Source of the DNA: Adineta vaga
Taxonomy: Eukaryota; Animalia; Rotifera
NCBI GenBank assembly: GCA_021613535.1
Contig: CP075495.1
Coordinates: forward strand, 14,384,001 to 14,448,000
Direction of reading: 5' to 3'
DNA length: 64,000 bases
Shown here: positions 26,439-39,002 of the stretch, one piece after another
Layout: every line of letters begins with the position of its first letter
Position numbering within the stretch: the first letter of the stretch is position 1
The notes under the pieces: generated by a model
Seen by the model: only the letters and a program-made list of their open reading frames with translations
Databases searched by the model: none
Told to the model about the DNA's origin: nothing
Program-made: the position numbers and the translations under genes

Positions 26439-28475
26439 CTAAATAATAAAAGAACTAATCATATAAAAAGAAAAAAAAATGGGTGGTAAATCTATGTTTT
26501 TATTTTGCACATGCTTGTTCTGTCTAGGTAAGACGAATCAAAAAAGAGGTATATGATATTAATTGATGTAGATATTCGTAATAGCGATAGCGATAATAGT
26601 ACATTTTCTTTCAATATACAGAACGGTTTTATATCGCGAGCCAATCATAAAACAAGAGACGGAATTATTATCAACTCATTGTTTTATAGTGACATCTTGA
26701 ATTATCAATGAAATGAATATTGTTAACATTTCATTTGTATTTCTGCTGATATCGATGATAGTTTTGAATGAATTATCTTAAATGAGAATTGTATTATTGC
26801 GAATAATCAGATTGATTTAAGATACATTGGTATAAATAAAATCTATTGGAAAAAAAAGTTTTTATTTAAGCTTTTTCAATCTTTTATTGTTTCGTTAGAC
26901 AAAACACAATGGTTAATCTTCTTTCTAGACAAATGACGTAAAAGATCGGCGAAATTCTTGTGAGTATTCTTCAAAAATAACGATTTATTTCCTATGTCTC
27001 ATTTCCGTTTTGACTTCACTTGATTTCAAGTGATTGTTATTTATAAGAATAGATAAAGTACATCAATTCCATTATTATAGACGTCAAATAAAGATTTACT
27101 TGAGTGCAAATGACACATTATTTAGTGATCGATGTGTTGAATGAATTCCTTTTTTTTGTCATCGATGACAATCGAATTGACAATGATCAGTCAATAATAT
27201 ATTTCTTTTTAACTTTCGATATAAGTCAACGATGATAATTTGTATAGACTTCAATTGTTTCATAGTTTTTGTAAAGTATATGTAACTATTCATTCATCTC
27301 GAGATGTATATCATTTGTGAGGATCATTGATTAATATTTGATAAACAAAATAAGATAAATCTTATCTTTCTTAATAAACATTGATATAAATATATATACA
27401 TTTGTTTGCATTGTTGATAGATCAACATGGTGATATTATCAAAGTAAAACAATCTTAACAAAAACTATTTATTATTTTCAAAAGTAGATTAGAAATGATA
27501 TTGATATGATTTCTTTGTCTTTTCTAAGCGGATTTATTCAAGATGAAATGTAAAATTATGAATAATTCTATTCTCGTTACATTTTATTTCAAAAAACGTT
27601 TATAGAAATTGAATTCTTTTCTTATGTCATGAAATCTAATCGATGAAAAATCATGAATAGTTTATTACACTTAGTGATAATTAAGTCAATTTAGTTCCAA
27701 CTATCATAAACTAGGAAGTAGACCGTTTTTTGTCTCGAAGAAGTAAATATTTCCTGTTATTTCTAAAGTATAGAAATTTAAAAAAAGAACAAAAAGTAGA
27801 TATGATTAAACTTTCTCATCGAATCGAATATTTTCTGTCAAAATCAATCTCATAGATGAGAAGATGTCTTTCCGAGGAGAAATTATTCCGTTATGAATAA
27901 TTTATTATACATGCAAACTTTCATTTATGTTTTCTAAATTTCATTCGACATCTGATTTGTTTGATATAAATTCAAACTTCTTTTCTTGAATGATTATCCC
28001 AATGAACTTTGTACGATGTACACCTTCAACTATTCAATAATCATTCGAGCATAATTATCATGAAGATTTTGTTTTGAAATATCATCCACCTCGACTATTG
28101 TCTTTGGAAAGAAAAGAAACATGAAAGAGAATATTTAGAGGAAGTGTAGCTTCCGCTCGAATGAAAATCTTTCTGTTAACCAGTTAATTGAAAAAGAGCA
28201 CTGAAGAGAGAGAAAGAGAGAATTATTTTTTATAATAGGACATTCAAATAACAGAGAACTATTAATCTCGTCGTTCCTTTGTGCAATGTATAACAGTTGA
28301 TAGAATTACAAGAGATCGTATGACATACATTTTCAACAGTATTTAAAGTTATTTAACTAATTGTGTTTTTATATTCATGTAACAGAACATAATCCATTAT
28401 AGACCAAAGTAAGGAATTCTTCTCTAGGGATAAGATTTATTCTATTTCATAGTAAATTCTTATAGTATTACAACA

Positions 28476-28784
28476 ATGAACAATACTTCGAATTCGATTT
28501 TATTTCTGTTAATTTTAAGTGTTCAAATTCTATTCCTTTTATCTCTTGTCGATTGTACAAATGATGAAATGAAAATTCAATCAATTGACAAAACAATTGA
28601 AACCAACGGTATAAAAAATCATCTATATGATACCATAAAACAAATCAAATCACAACAATTCAATGAAAAAGATCAAGAAATTATAGAAGATTATCTTGAC
28701 AATCTACTCAAACCATATCCACATCGACGTGCATCATCATTTCATGCCATGCGTGGAAAACGATTTCTTCGAAAAACTCTCTAA
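28476..28784 (+). CDS. Neuropeptide precursor yielding ASSFHAMR-amide (tachykinin-related-like)
   Basis: Hydrophobic signal peptide. RR-ASSFHAMR-G-KR gives dibasic cleavage sites and an amidation Gly. Confidence 0.75.
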   Translation: MNNTSNSILFLLILSVQILFLLSLVDCTNDEMKIQSIDKTIETNGIKNHLYDTIKQIKSQQFNEKDQEIIEDYLDNLLKPYPHRRASSFHAMRGKRFLRKTL

Positions 28785-30042
28785 TCTATTCTCGGTATCG
28801 ACTTATTTCAAAGAAAATTTTTGCTTTTATGAAATAAAAGATCTTGCATTTCAAAATAAATTATATTTAGTTGTATATATTTAAAAAAAAACAACCCATA
28901 TTCACATTTCTTTTCTTCTTAATAAAAATAAACAAACAAAAGTTTATCTTATATAAAATTTATCATGAGTAGGACTAGTAGATTTAATGAACTTCTTTTT
29001 CCACATGTACAATCACTTTCTTACGATTCATCTCAATGATCCTTGAAAGATTTTAATTGATTCAGAAATAACGTAAAAATATACGTGAAGTATCCTATTA
29101 AACATGTGCCAAGAGAAATTCCTTTCGAGAACATTCTCAGACTTTCTATTTTTAATTTGAACGCGGAAATTCAGTGCATTTATAATGATCTTTTGAAATC
29201 AAATAATTCGAGGACATCTTTGATATAGTTTTTTGTATTACAAGAAGAAGAAATCTTTGCGAATCATGATATTTTATAACACACTTTTGATGTTATCGAA
29301 CGAAGAGGAAGTTGAATTGTATTTGGTTTGTTGGATTATGTTGAGATTAGTGGAGAAAACTTTGGAATTAAACATTATTCTATAAGTCAATATTATCAAT
29401 GGGAAAAATCATGTGCATTGACTTCCTTCGTACACAGGGAGAAATTAAATGGTTTGAACTTCCTTTTGCTTGAGTGAGTGTGAGATAATGATGAAATATG
29501 ATAAACAATTGGAATGAAATGTCAATTTAACAGTTGTAATAAAAGTCATGGAATCAGCTTTTAGATTAATAGATTTTACACATTTTATTATCTGTTAATT
29601 GAACCATAAAACAATTGTTGTTTAGATACATGATTCATTCGACAAAGTCATAAACAAAGATCATAATGACTTTTCTTACTAGTTTTTTAGCAATTGATAA
29701 GAATTTTTTTTATGTCGATCTTGACCTTTTGGTTAAGAACATTTTGTGAAGAAAAGTTATTTGTAACGATGGTACGGTGTTATTCTTGACACTCGAATAC
29801 AACCAAATGAAAATTAATATTACTTTTCGATGTAAAAATATAATTAACGTGATTGATAAAGTGTCATTCTTCTGAAATATCAATAAAAACAAAAATCGAT
29901 TCTTTTTTAGCTTAGTTTTACACAATAAATACTTTAATCCTATACGCCTTGACTTTCCTCTCGATTTCGATAATATGTCCTTAAAAGTCAAATTGCTATA
30001 AATAAAAACAATTTTATTGGAAATTTGTCTGTAAAAATTCGA

Positions 30043-32333
30043 ATGGAGCGATTTAGTATCTTTTTCGTTATTTTACTCATTGCTATATTCATTCAATGCA
30101 AGGCTACTCCATTGGATGATTATGTAAACACTCCTGATGGAGCCTTTGGTTGGAAGCGTATTAAAACGTATCCTCAATCACTCTATACAGTTTATGTCTT
30201 GAATATGACATCACAACAATGGTTTGATAGTAAGACAATATTTCATTTGTGATTAATATTCTTTATTTCTAATTGTAGGTTCATTTTCAACGCAACCAAT
30301 TTGGTGGCATTATCTCACAATTACAGTTCCAAAAGTTATTCGTCGTTCCAAAACAGCTTTCTTATTGATTGATGGTGGATCTAATAAAGACTCGTATGTT
30401 CAGATTGTTTTCGTACGAGTGAAAAAACTTTCTACAAAAAATTTCGCTCAACAGAAGATACGATATGATTCAATAAGTTATGTTCTGTTTATTTAGACCA
30501 CCTACTGGTAGTAGCTTAGCATCACTCGCTGGTCTGTCAGGTTCCATCGTAGCTACTGTACGACAAATTCCAAATCAAAGTATCCGTTTTTTGGTACAGT
30601 ATAATATTTTTTCTTAGAGATATAAAGAAACGATGTTCTGTTTTATATTATAATCTGTATAGAGTGATCCAACGAATAGTTTTCGATCAGAAGATTCATT
30701 GATTGGTTGGACATGGAGAAGATATATTGAAACTAATGGAAGTGATCCACGAGTACTTCTTCGTTTTCCAATGACGAAAGTTAGTAATAATTTAATGAAA
30801 CGCATTATTTTTCTAGATTTTACTTTTATTTACTGATAATAGGCAGTAGTAAGAGCGATGGATGCTGTTGAACAATTCTTACAGGAAGAGAAACTCCCCG
30901 TACCGGAAGAATTCGTACTTGGTGGTGCTTCAAAAGTAAAGTTTATGAATCCTATTTGACATGTAAATCATCGTTTTTCTTTATAGCGTGGATGGACAAG
31001 TTTGTATTTTGATAAAAATTTATTTCTGTATACTACTACTCTTTATTCTAGCATGGACAAGTGCTGCTGTTGATAATAAACGAGTTGTCGCTGCAGTTCC
31101 TATCGTGATGGATCTACTAAATCTCAAACCGGTAAATAGAAAACTGATTATTTCTATATGATTATTATTTGTTTTACTTTTATTTCTAGAACATGATGTC
31201 ACATTATCGAGTCAGATCTATTATTGTTAAATATGTTTTAATAGTTTCAGTTTTTAGTCTCTTGGAGGATGGACTTTTGCTTTTAATGATTACCATGCTC
31301 AAAACATAACCCGATATATGGATAATCCTAGTTTTGACAAATTAGCTCAAATGGTTGATCCATACGGTACGATTTCGATGATTTGCCTTCATTCTGTTTA
31401 TATTCTGTTTACATAGCTTATTTTGATCGATATAGTAAAATGAAAATCTTTCAAATTCAAGGTGCCGGTGATGAATTTTTTCTTCCCGATAGTGAAGTTA
31501 GAGAAGACTGATTTTCTACTTTAGAGTTACAAAAGAATAGTTTTTGTCTTCATTTTTATTATTAGGATTACTTCTGGAATGATTTGCAAACAGCGACAGG
31601 AGGATCTTATTTAAGGTAAGAAATCTTGAAACAAACGAATCATATAAAACAATCGTTTTTTTTAAACAGACGAGTACCAAATACGGGTCACAATATCGGA
31701 GGTTTTGAAGACAGTCTAATAAGTTTTTATTTAAGTGTAGCCGATGTAAGTATTTATAAGCACAGATACTCTCTCTATATGTATGTATATAATCATCAGA
31801 AAACAACTTTACCATCAATGAAATGGACACGAACAGTAAATGAAACACATGGCACTATTCGTGCTACTATCGATTTCAGTAATGGAAAGCCAAAAGCTAG
31901 TACTGTTACTGCTTATCAAGCTCGTACTGCTGATAAATTAAGGTACGAATGAAATAGTTTACTACGTTATGAATTATGGATGATTTATTTTTGTCTCTAG
32001 ACGTGATTTTCGACGAACGACTCTAGCTGGAAGCACCGGTATTGTTTGGTCAAATAAAGCTGTTCAACTTGAGGTATTCAAACATTATATGTTCTTTTTT
32101 ATCTATTATATGTTTATTTATGTATTTTAAAGACTCAAACTGGAACATCCGTCACTTATACAATAATTGTTCCTATTCCATCAGATGGTTATTGGTATGC
32201 TACATACATTCAAGCTGGATTTCCTGGACCTGATGCAACAACACTCACATTAACAACAGAAACACTTATTCTACCAAATACTTATCCATTTCCAGCATGC
32301 AAAGATCAGGATTGCTATGGGAAATTGGTTTAA
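30043..32333 (+). CDS. PqaA (PhoPQ-activated pathogenicity-related)/AprA-like secreted alpha/beta hydrolase, intron-rich
   Basis: Signal peptide; TPLDDYV, LNMTSQQW, WWHYLTITVP, LIDGGSN, QIPNQ, SEDSLIGWTW, RFPMTK|AVVRAMD, FVLGGASK|RGWT|TW, MVDPY, GDEFFLPD, PNTGH; ends CYGKLV*. Confidence 0.9.
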
Positions 32334-32628
32334 ATTTTCTGTTTGAAATCAATAAAAAAAGAATTAATAATAAATTTTTTACACGAATCATTTCAACATA
32401 TCATGATTAATTAATCAGTGTACGATTCTGGTGACTATCAAGTCATCAAGCTTATCGAACTTTAATTTTTGTATTCGAACATGTTTCCATACAAAAACAT
32501 GCGTATCAGTGCTTTACCATTTACTTTCTTTGTGTTTTATGTGTAATATCCTAACGGCACTGCAAGCACTCAGCCCTATATGAAGTCTTTCTGAATGGTT
32601 CGGTATATCTATTTTTTTATGGAAAAAT

Positions 32629-33381
32629 ATGGCGAATAGATGGCACTGTGTAAGCTTTTCATCAGCTGCTTATTCATATTTATACGCTTAGTAAATAATA
32701 AAGACTTATATAAAAGGGAATAGATTATATATTTCTAATTTTTTTGTATCGATTCTTTGGATACTTGGATGGCTTATCTTGGTTATGCAAAACAAATAGT
32801 TGAATAGATACTTAACTGTGAAACAGAAACTAAAGCAAAAATTCAAGCAAAAATGAAAACTCGTACAATTCAAGATGTTGCTGTATTGCAAACGATGCTA
32901 GGTAAGGAATTAGAAAAGGGAAAAGAAGAAAACGAAGTGTGATGTATCACCAGTCATGAATCTAAATAATTTTTCTTGTATTTAAGAAAGATGTTCTCAA
33001 TCATCGAATCAACAGCTGAAGGACGATTTGGACAAGCACAATATACCTGAGCGATTGAAGAAATTAGTCGAAACAATTTCATGTACACATGTGCACGATT
33101 GGGCTCCGGCTTTTCGCGCAGAGGGAAGCCTCACTTTTTTTCGGTGCATCGAATGAGAGGATTATTGGAATAGTACTTTCGGAAAGGTTGCGATGACAGG
33201 TCTGGGTACTGCTTGGGCCGTAACTATAATCGGTAGTCCAATACTACTGTGGGTTGGCTATCTTACATATCGTATGACTGCACATGCAAAAGAAGTAGAA
33301 AAAAACTTGAGTTGGGTGGTTTCCGAAATCGAAAGCCTGTATGATCACACGCATAGTATAATGCTTGCAAATTTGGTCTAA
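32629..33381 (+). pseudogene. Recently disabled 3-exon gene for an unknown ~200-aa protein with a C-terminal hydrophobic segment
   Basis: ATG 32629, with exon phases consistent across two introns (from 32691, and 32902-32986). Lesions: first acceptor reads TGTAT instead of TAG, in-frame TAG 32805-32807, in-frame TGA 33154-33156. Confidence 0.65.
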
Positions 33382-33776
33382 ACAATTCATTATTTACAAG
33401 AATATATGTCAAAATCAAAAATGTATTCTATTTTTTTTTTGATTAAAAATCTATAAAAATAAACATTAGTGTGCTATATTTACTGTCATCTTAAATTGAT
33501 TAGACTAGTAATTACAGCAACTAAATCATCAATGAAAAAGATAGAATGATAAAGAAGAAAGTAGCTGAGACACATGAGAGGATAATTTGAATCTCTTCAA
33601 CTATTATTGAATTAGTTTGATAAAAAAAGTATTTTCTCATATACATTTTAATATCAAAAGCATTGAACAAATCCTCAAAAATACAAAATAAGATCAATGT
33701 GTCTATCAAATGAATAAGAAATGAAATTGAACATCCATCAAATAGAATAATATATAACAAGCGTCATATTTTATTT

Positions 33777-36611
33777 TTATTTATAATCTGTTCGTTTTCT
33801 TCCTGATGAATTTCTGTTAGATTTAGACGATGGTCGTGATGAAGATGATGAAGACGAATCACGACGACGATGATTACGACGAAAACGCTGTCGTAAAAAT
33901 TCAGGTGTTGGTGAACGTGATTTTGCTGCTGATGTTCTTTTTGTATTGCGGTTTTTAGATGAATAACGAGATGAGGAGGAAGAGGAGGAGGAGGATGATG
34001 ATGAAGATGTTGATGAAGATGATCGCGAAGTTGATCGACGACGAGGACGACGAGGTGTTGGAGAACGACTAAATAAAATAATTATTAGAAGAAAAACTTT
34101 TGATAGAAATGAATTATAATTTACCTTCTCGTTCTCGTTCTGGATCTAGATTGACTACTTGAACGATGATGATGACGATGTTTTCCAAGTGAATGACGTA
34201 ATTCTGTTTCTCGAATTTCACGTTCTCTTTCCTCGCGTTCTTCACGTTCTCGTTGTTGATCTTTGTCTTTTTGAACTACAAATAAAAGAACATTGACTTA
34301 TTCGTAATCATTCAAAAGTAAAGTAGATTATTCACATTGTTTCTTAAGTAATGTTTGCATTCGACGACGAAGTTTTTCTTGAGGAGTTTTCGTCGATGAA
34401 TTCTACATGAAAATTACATTGAGATAATACTCTAGTTTTGAAATAGGCTTACTTTAGATATGGAGGATGACGATAGATTAGAACCATTCTGTTTTTTAGG
34501 GGTCATAGGAGTGGTAATCGAGGTTTGATTCCGCCTAGAAGATATATATGATTATAAGGAAACATGTGTTGCATTTCATTTACTGTCGAGCTTCTTTTCG
34601 TTTAAGATATTGTTGAAGATCATCATCATCTTCTTCGTCTTCATCTTCTTCATCATTTTTGTATTTTATCTTCTCTTCATTTTTTTCTGATTTAACAATT
34701 TTTATTGCTGGAATTTCATCATCGGATACAGCTCGTTTTTCTCTAAAAAATGGAAACATTAAATTAGACAAAAAGAAATGAAATCTTACGGTGATGAATC
34801 TTCTTTTAATTTTTGCAATGTTGATAAAAAAGCTTGACTCTTTCTTTCAATTGATCGACAAGGAACAAATGTTGTTCTAATGGAAGCAAACAAAATGATC
34901 GAATTCTAACAAACTTATGCGAAATAATTACGTTGGTTCAGGTAATCGTGGTGGTGTGGCCAAACGCCGAGTACGAATAGAAATCACTGGTGGATCAGCT
35001 TTCTTCTTTGCTTCTCGACATTCATCAAGTAATGATTTTTCAAAAGGTCTTTTACGTTTCAATTCGTTCGCTTTCAAAGCATCATCATCACCGAATGCAG
35101 TTATGAATTCGATCTTTTCTTTCACTGGTGTATTATCTACAGGTGACGGTGAACGAGATTTAGATTTCGCCTGTACAACAGGTAATTTTGGTGTTTCACG
35201 ATTAAGATAACTATAAAAGAAAAAAAACAAGGATATTCCGATTGAAAAGAAATGAAGAAACGCAAATTTACTTTGGTGGACAGAATTCACGTTCTTTAAT
35301 TCGTCTTTCTTTGGCTAAACGACGGTCACGTCGACCCCGACGTCCCTAATCCAAATCATTCATAAGCAAAAGACACGATTGAAACTTTAATCTTTACCTT
35401 TCCTGGTTGATCTTGTTCTCTATCTAATTTATTATCTCGAATTGTTTGCATTTCTTCTCGATCAATTATTAACATTTGTGCAAAATCTCCAAATGTCATA
35501 CCATAATGTGTCGCAACTTTATTTAAAGATGCTTTATTTTCACTTGTTAATTGTGTTACATCAATGTCAATATCTAAATCATCATCATCATCGTCATCAT
35601 CATCATTATCACTATCATCAGCTGTTGTCATTGATTTCCTTGTTGATGTTGTAATAGGTGCATCATCATAAACAAAACCAATTTCTGCTTTCTTTGCAAT
35701 GGATCTTCAAATGAAAAAAAAGAATCGCCGATGAATTAATCGGATTCTTTTCGAAAAAAGGACTACTTTTCGGACGCTCGCTTTTTTCTTGTTTATTATT
35801 TTCTTTCTAATATCTCTATTGGTCACAGCCTACTTTTTCTTTTTAGCTTCGCGTATAGCTGGATGATGATCATCACGAAGTGCACCAAATTTTTCATCAA
35901 ATTCTATATCACGTAGACATTGTTCTTCACTAACTAGAATTTTTACAAAAGAAATTCGTTTTTTTTATCATCTAAGTAAAAAGATTTAGTTTCTTACCAC
36001 CCGTCGATTCATTATGAATTAAAACACGATAACGTTCATAATTACATAAACGTTCTTCATTTTGTTCTGCTTCAGTGAATGATCTAATAGGAATAGAATA
36101 AAAATCATATTTTCCATGCGTTCAATTCAGTTGAGATTGTATGTAAAATCAAAATTGAAAAAAGTACCGACTCGGAGCCTTGTTGATTCTGTTGAAGTTT
36201 TAGAGAATATTCATCAATAATATCCAAATGAGAACGAACATCGAATCGATCAATTAATGTACTTTCATCATCACGCCATGGTGTTCTACAATCAAATAAA
36301 AATCAATTTATTTGTTCTTCCATTCAAGACTGATGATTCTTTATAAAACTTACAAAGTTGATTCAGCAGCGGTTGCAATCGCTGGATCCAAATGAATTTT
36401 TGCTGGTCGACCCCAAATTTGTAAGAATTCTGCTGGATCACGTTTCTGTAAAGGAGAAGAAAAAAAAACACTTAAATAGAAAAAGAAGATGATCATATGG
36501 AAGTATACGAACAATTCTTTCATAATATTCTTTCCGTCGTTCGGATCGTTTTTTATAATCAACAATCATTCCACGTAATTTCTTTTCATGCTTTCTCATT
36601 TCTTGCCACAT
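33777..36611 (-). CDS. CLASRP: CLK4-associating serine/arginine-rich protein (SWAP/DRY_EERY N-terminus)
   Basis: MWQEMRKHEKKLRGMIVDYKKRSERRKEYYERI|KRDPAEFLQIWG, IDRFDVRSHLD, CNYERYRVLI, IEFITAFG, TPQEKLRRRMQ..L.KQ and an RS-rich C-terminus. Confidence 0.92.
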
Positions 36612-36748
36612 GATTGAAATTTGTTATTTTTTTTCAATCTGTAATCAAAAGAAGAAAAAAACGAGATCGAATAGAGATTCATTCACTGTATTCATTCGAA
36701 ACATAAAAAGAAAGAGTAAAATTATAAGATTAAAAAAAAAGAAAACGA

Positions 36749-38081
36749 TTAATTCTCTTGTTGTTGACGTTTCATCATTGCTTTCATTCGACTGAGTTGA
36801 TCGAGAAATTTCAAAATACGATGTTGATCTTCTTCAATTTCTTTGATTTGACAATCTTTGATCTTATTCATAGAATCATGTACTTGAATATAATCACGTG
36901 CAAGAAAATATAAGATTGTAAAACAATGATAGATTTTATTTAATTCTTGTAAAGTCGCAATTCCATGTGAACTTTCATGACGATAAGCTAATAATGTTTG
37001 AAGGGTATTATGTGCTTCAGCTTCTGTAGCTAAATCTGAAAGAAACATTGATTTGTTTTTTCAAAGAAAAGAAAAACAAGATTGATTTTACCAAGTTTGG
37101 ACGGATTTGTTGTACTTTCTTCATCGTCTTCATCATCTTCTTGCTTTCCTAAAACTGCTTCCATATCCGAAAAGACAACTCGTGATTGAAGAAGACGACG
37201 TAAATGATTATACCACATTTGTGTTACTTGAGTATATAATGATTCGGTAACTTCCAACCGATTCATTAATTTGAAAACTTTACCCAAAAGAAAATAACCT
37301 CCAGCTACTTTATAATGTTCTGTACCATAATATAATGAAGCATCATAAATCTAAATAGAAAAAACGAATGAAATTAAACGAATTTTAATTTCAGTCAAGT
37401 ACGAATACAAACATCATTAGCTAAATGTCTTGTTGCTTCGTCATAATCTCTTCTAGCAATACTTAATTGTGCCATATTTCGTGCAACTTGTGATGTTATT
37501 GATAATGGAGCATGATCTTGTTGTTGTAAAACTGTATATTGTGCTTGAGATAAATATTCCCAACATTGATTTAATTGTTTTAAACCTAAACTTGCTTCAG
37601 CTAAAACTAAATATGATGGAATAAGTTCAACATTTCGTGGACCATGAACTTCAATAGCTAATTTTAATGAAGCAAGTGCTGCTGGTATTGCAGCTTCGAA
37701 ACGATTTTGGAAAACCTAATAGAAAATTGAAAAAACTTATAGAAAAGAAAAAAACAATTTGTTATTTGTCATTATTACATGTCTTTCTCCGATCATTCGA
37801 GTCATTTCAATTAAATGAAGTTTTTTCTCACGTAATTCATGATCACGATCACGACGTTCTTCTTCAGATGGAAGGAATGCTTGTTTTGCTCGAATTGTTG
37901 CTAATGTTGAACAAATTTTATCATGGATACCATTATTATCAGCTGCTTGATGTTCTTCAGAACAATAATATGTTACACGACATTTGGCACACATACGTGA
38001 TGCAGTCTTGCCACATATTTCACATTTATGTGAAATCGATTTAGGAAAAGCAAGTGGATAGACGAGTTCTGTTGTCGCCAT
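36749..38081 (-). CDS. ZMYND12: Zinc finger MYND domain-containing protein 12 (MYND + TPR-like)
   Basis: VYPLAFPKSISHKCEICGKTASRMCAKCRVTYYCSEEHQ..D..GIHDKIC, AIPAALASLK, LIPSYLVLAEASLGL, HLAND|IYDASLYYG....VAGGYF. Confidence 0.92.
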
Positions 38082-39002
38082 CCTTTCTTTATTTTTGTCA
38101 GTAACAAACAATGATCAGAAGGAGAAATGAAAAGACTCATTGAAAACAACCAATCAGAATTGAAAAAAAACTATACTGACATCTTAAGACACTTGGATAC
38201 CTTGGAAATGTATCTGTTTCAACTTTTCCCTTGAAAAAAAAAGCATTTCTTTCTTATCTAATAGAACAACATTGTATCACTAATTATCTTGATTCATTTA
38301 TTACTGTACAATGAAAAGAGAATTTATCTTGTACATATCACAAGAGAACTAAATGTATTATTCGAATCTCATAAGAATACAATTGAAGAAGGCATTTTTT
38401 TGATAAAGATAGTCATAGTATATCCACGCCATCTAACGTTGATCAGAATTATCATACATACATACAATGTACATCTCGATTATTCTATTCGTTCAAAGAA
38501 AGAAAAAAGGCAAAATAAAGATAAGAATGTATCGAATCAATCGATGTTTGCTATCACTTTCATAAACGAATGTTTTTAATCCAATTCAACAGAAGAACAA
38601 CACACATGATATGTACTAATATTGTATAGGGATAGGGATTAATGAATACTTCTCGTTTCGAAATCATTCTCGAGAAGCAACGTATATGTGTTGTAATCAT
38701 TTTAATGATAATGTATGTACCTTTTAGGATATATCGTTAAATATTACTGTTTGAAAGGAAGGTGAACGAAAAAAAAAGATGTACATACTATCGCGTACGA
38801 ATCAAATAATAAGAAAAAGAAACATTATAATATACGAGAGAGGTAATCATTGTAGTCCACTGGTTAAAGAAACATCTGTCTATATCTCTCACTGTTGGAG
38901 TTTAAATTATATGAAAGATTAGGAGTATTTTTCAGCATATCATACAATGATTGATTTTTTTGTTGTAGGATAATTTGTATTTTGTAAAATCTGTACGTTA
39001 CT

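Noticed and set aside
26600-29990. Degenerate coding or transposon fragments in the intergenic DNA around the neuropeptide gene
   Set aside because: No consistent reading frame, recognisable domain or terminal repeats could be established by eye.
33145-33160. Novel selenoprotein (CIE-TGA)
   Set aside because: The same frame also has a TAG and a broken splice acceptor, and no SECIS was recognised. A pseudogene is more parsimonious.
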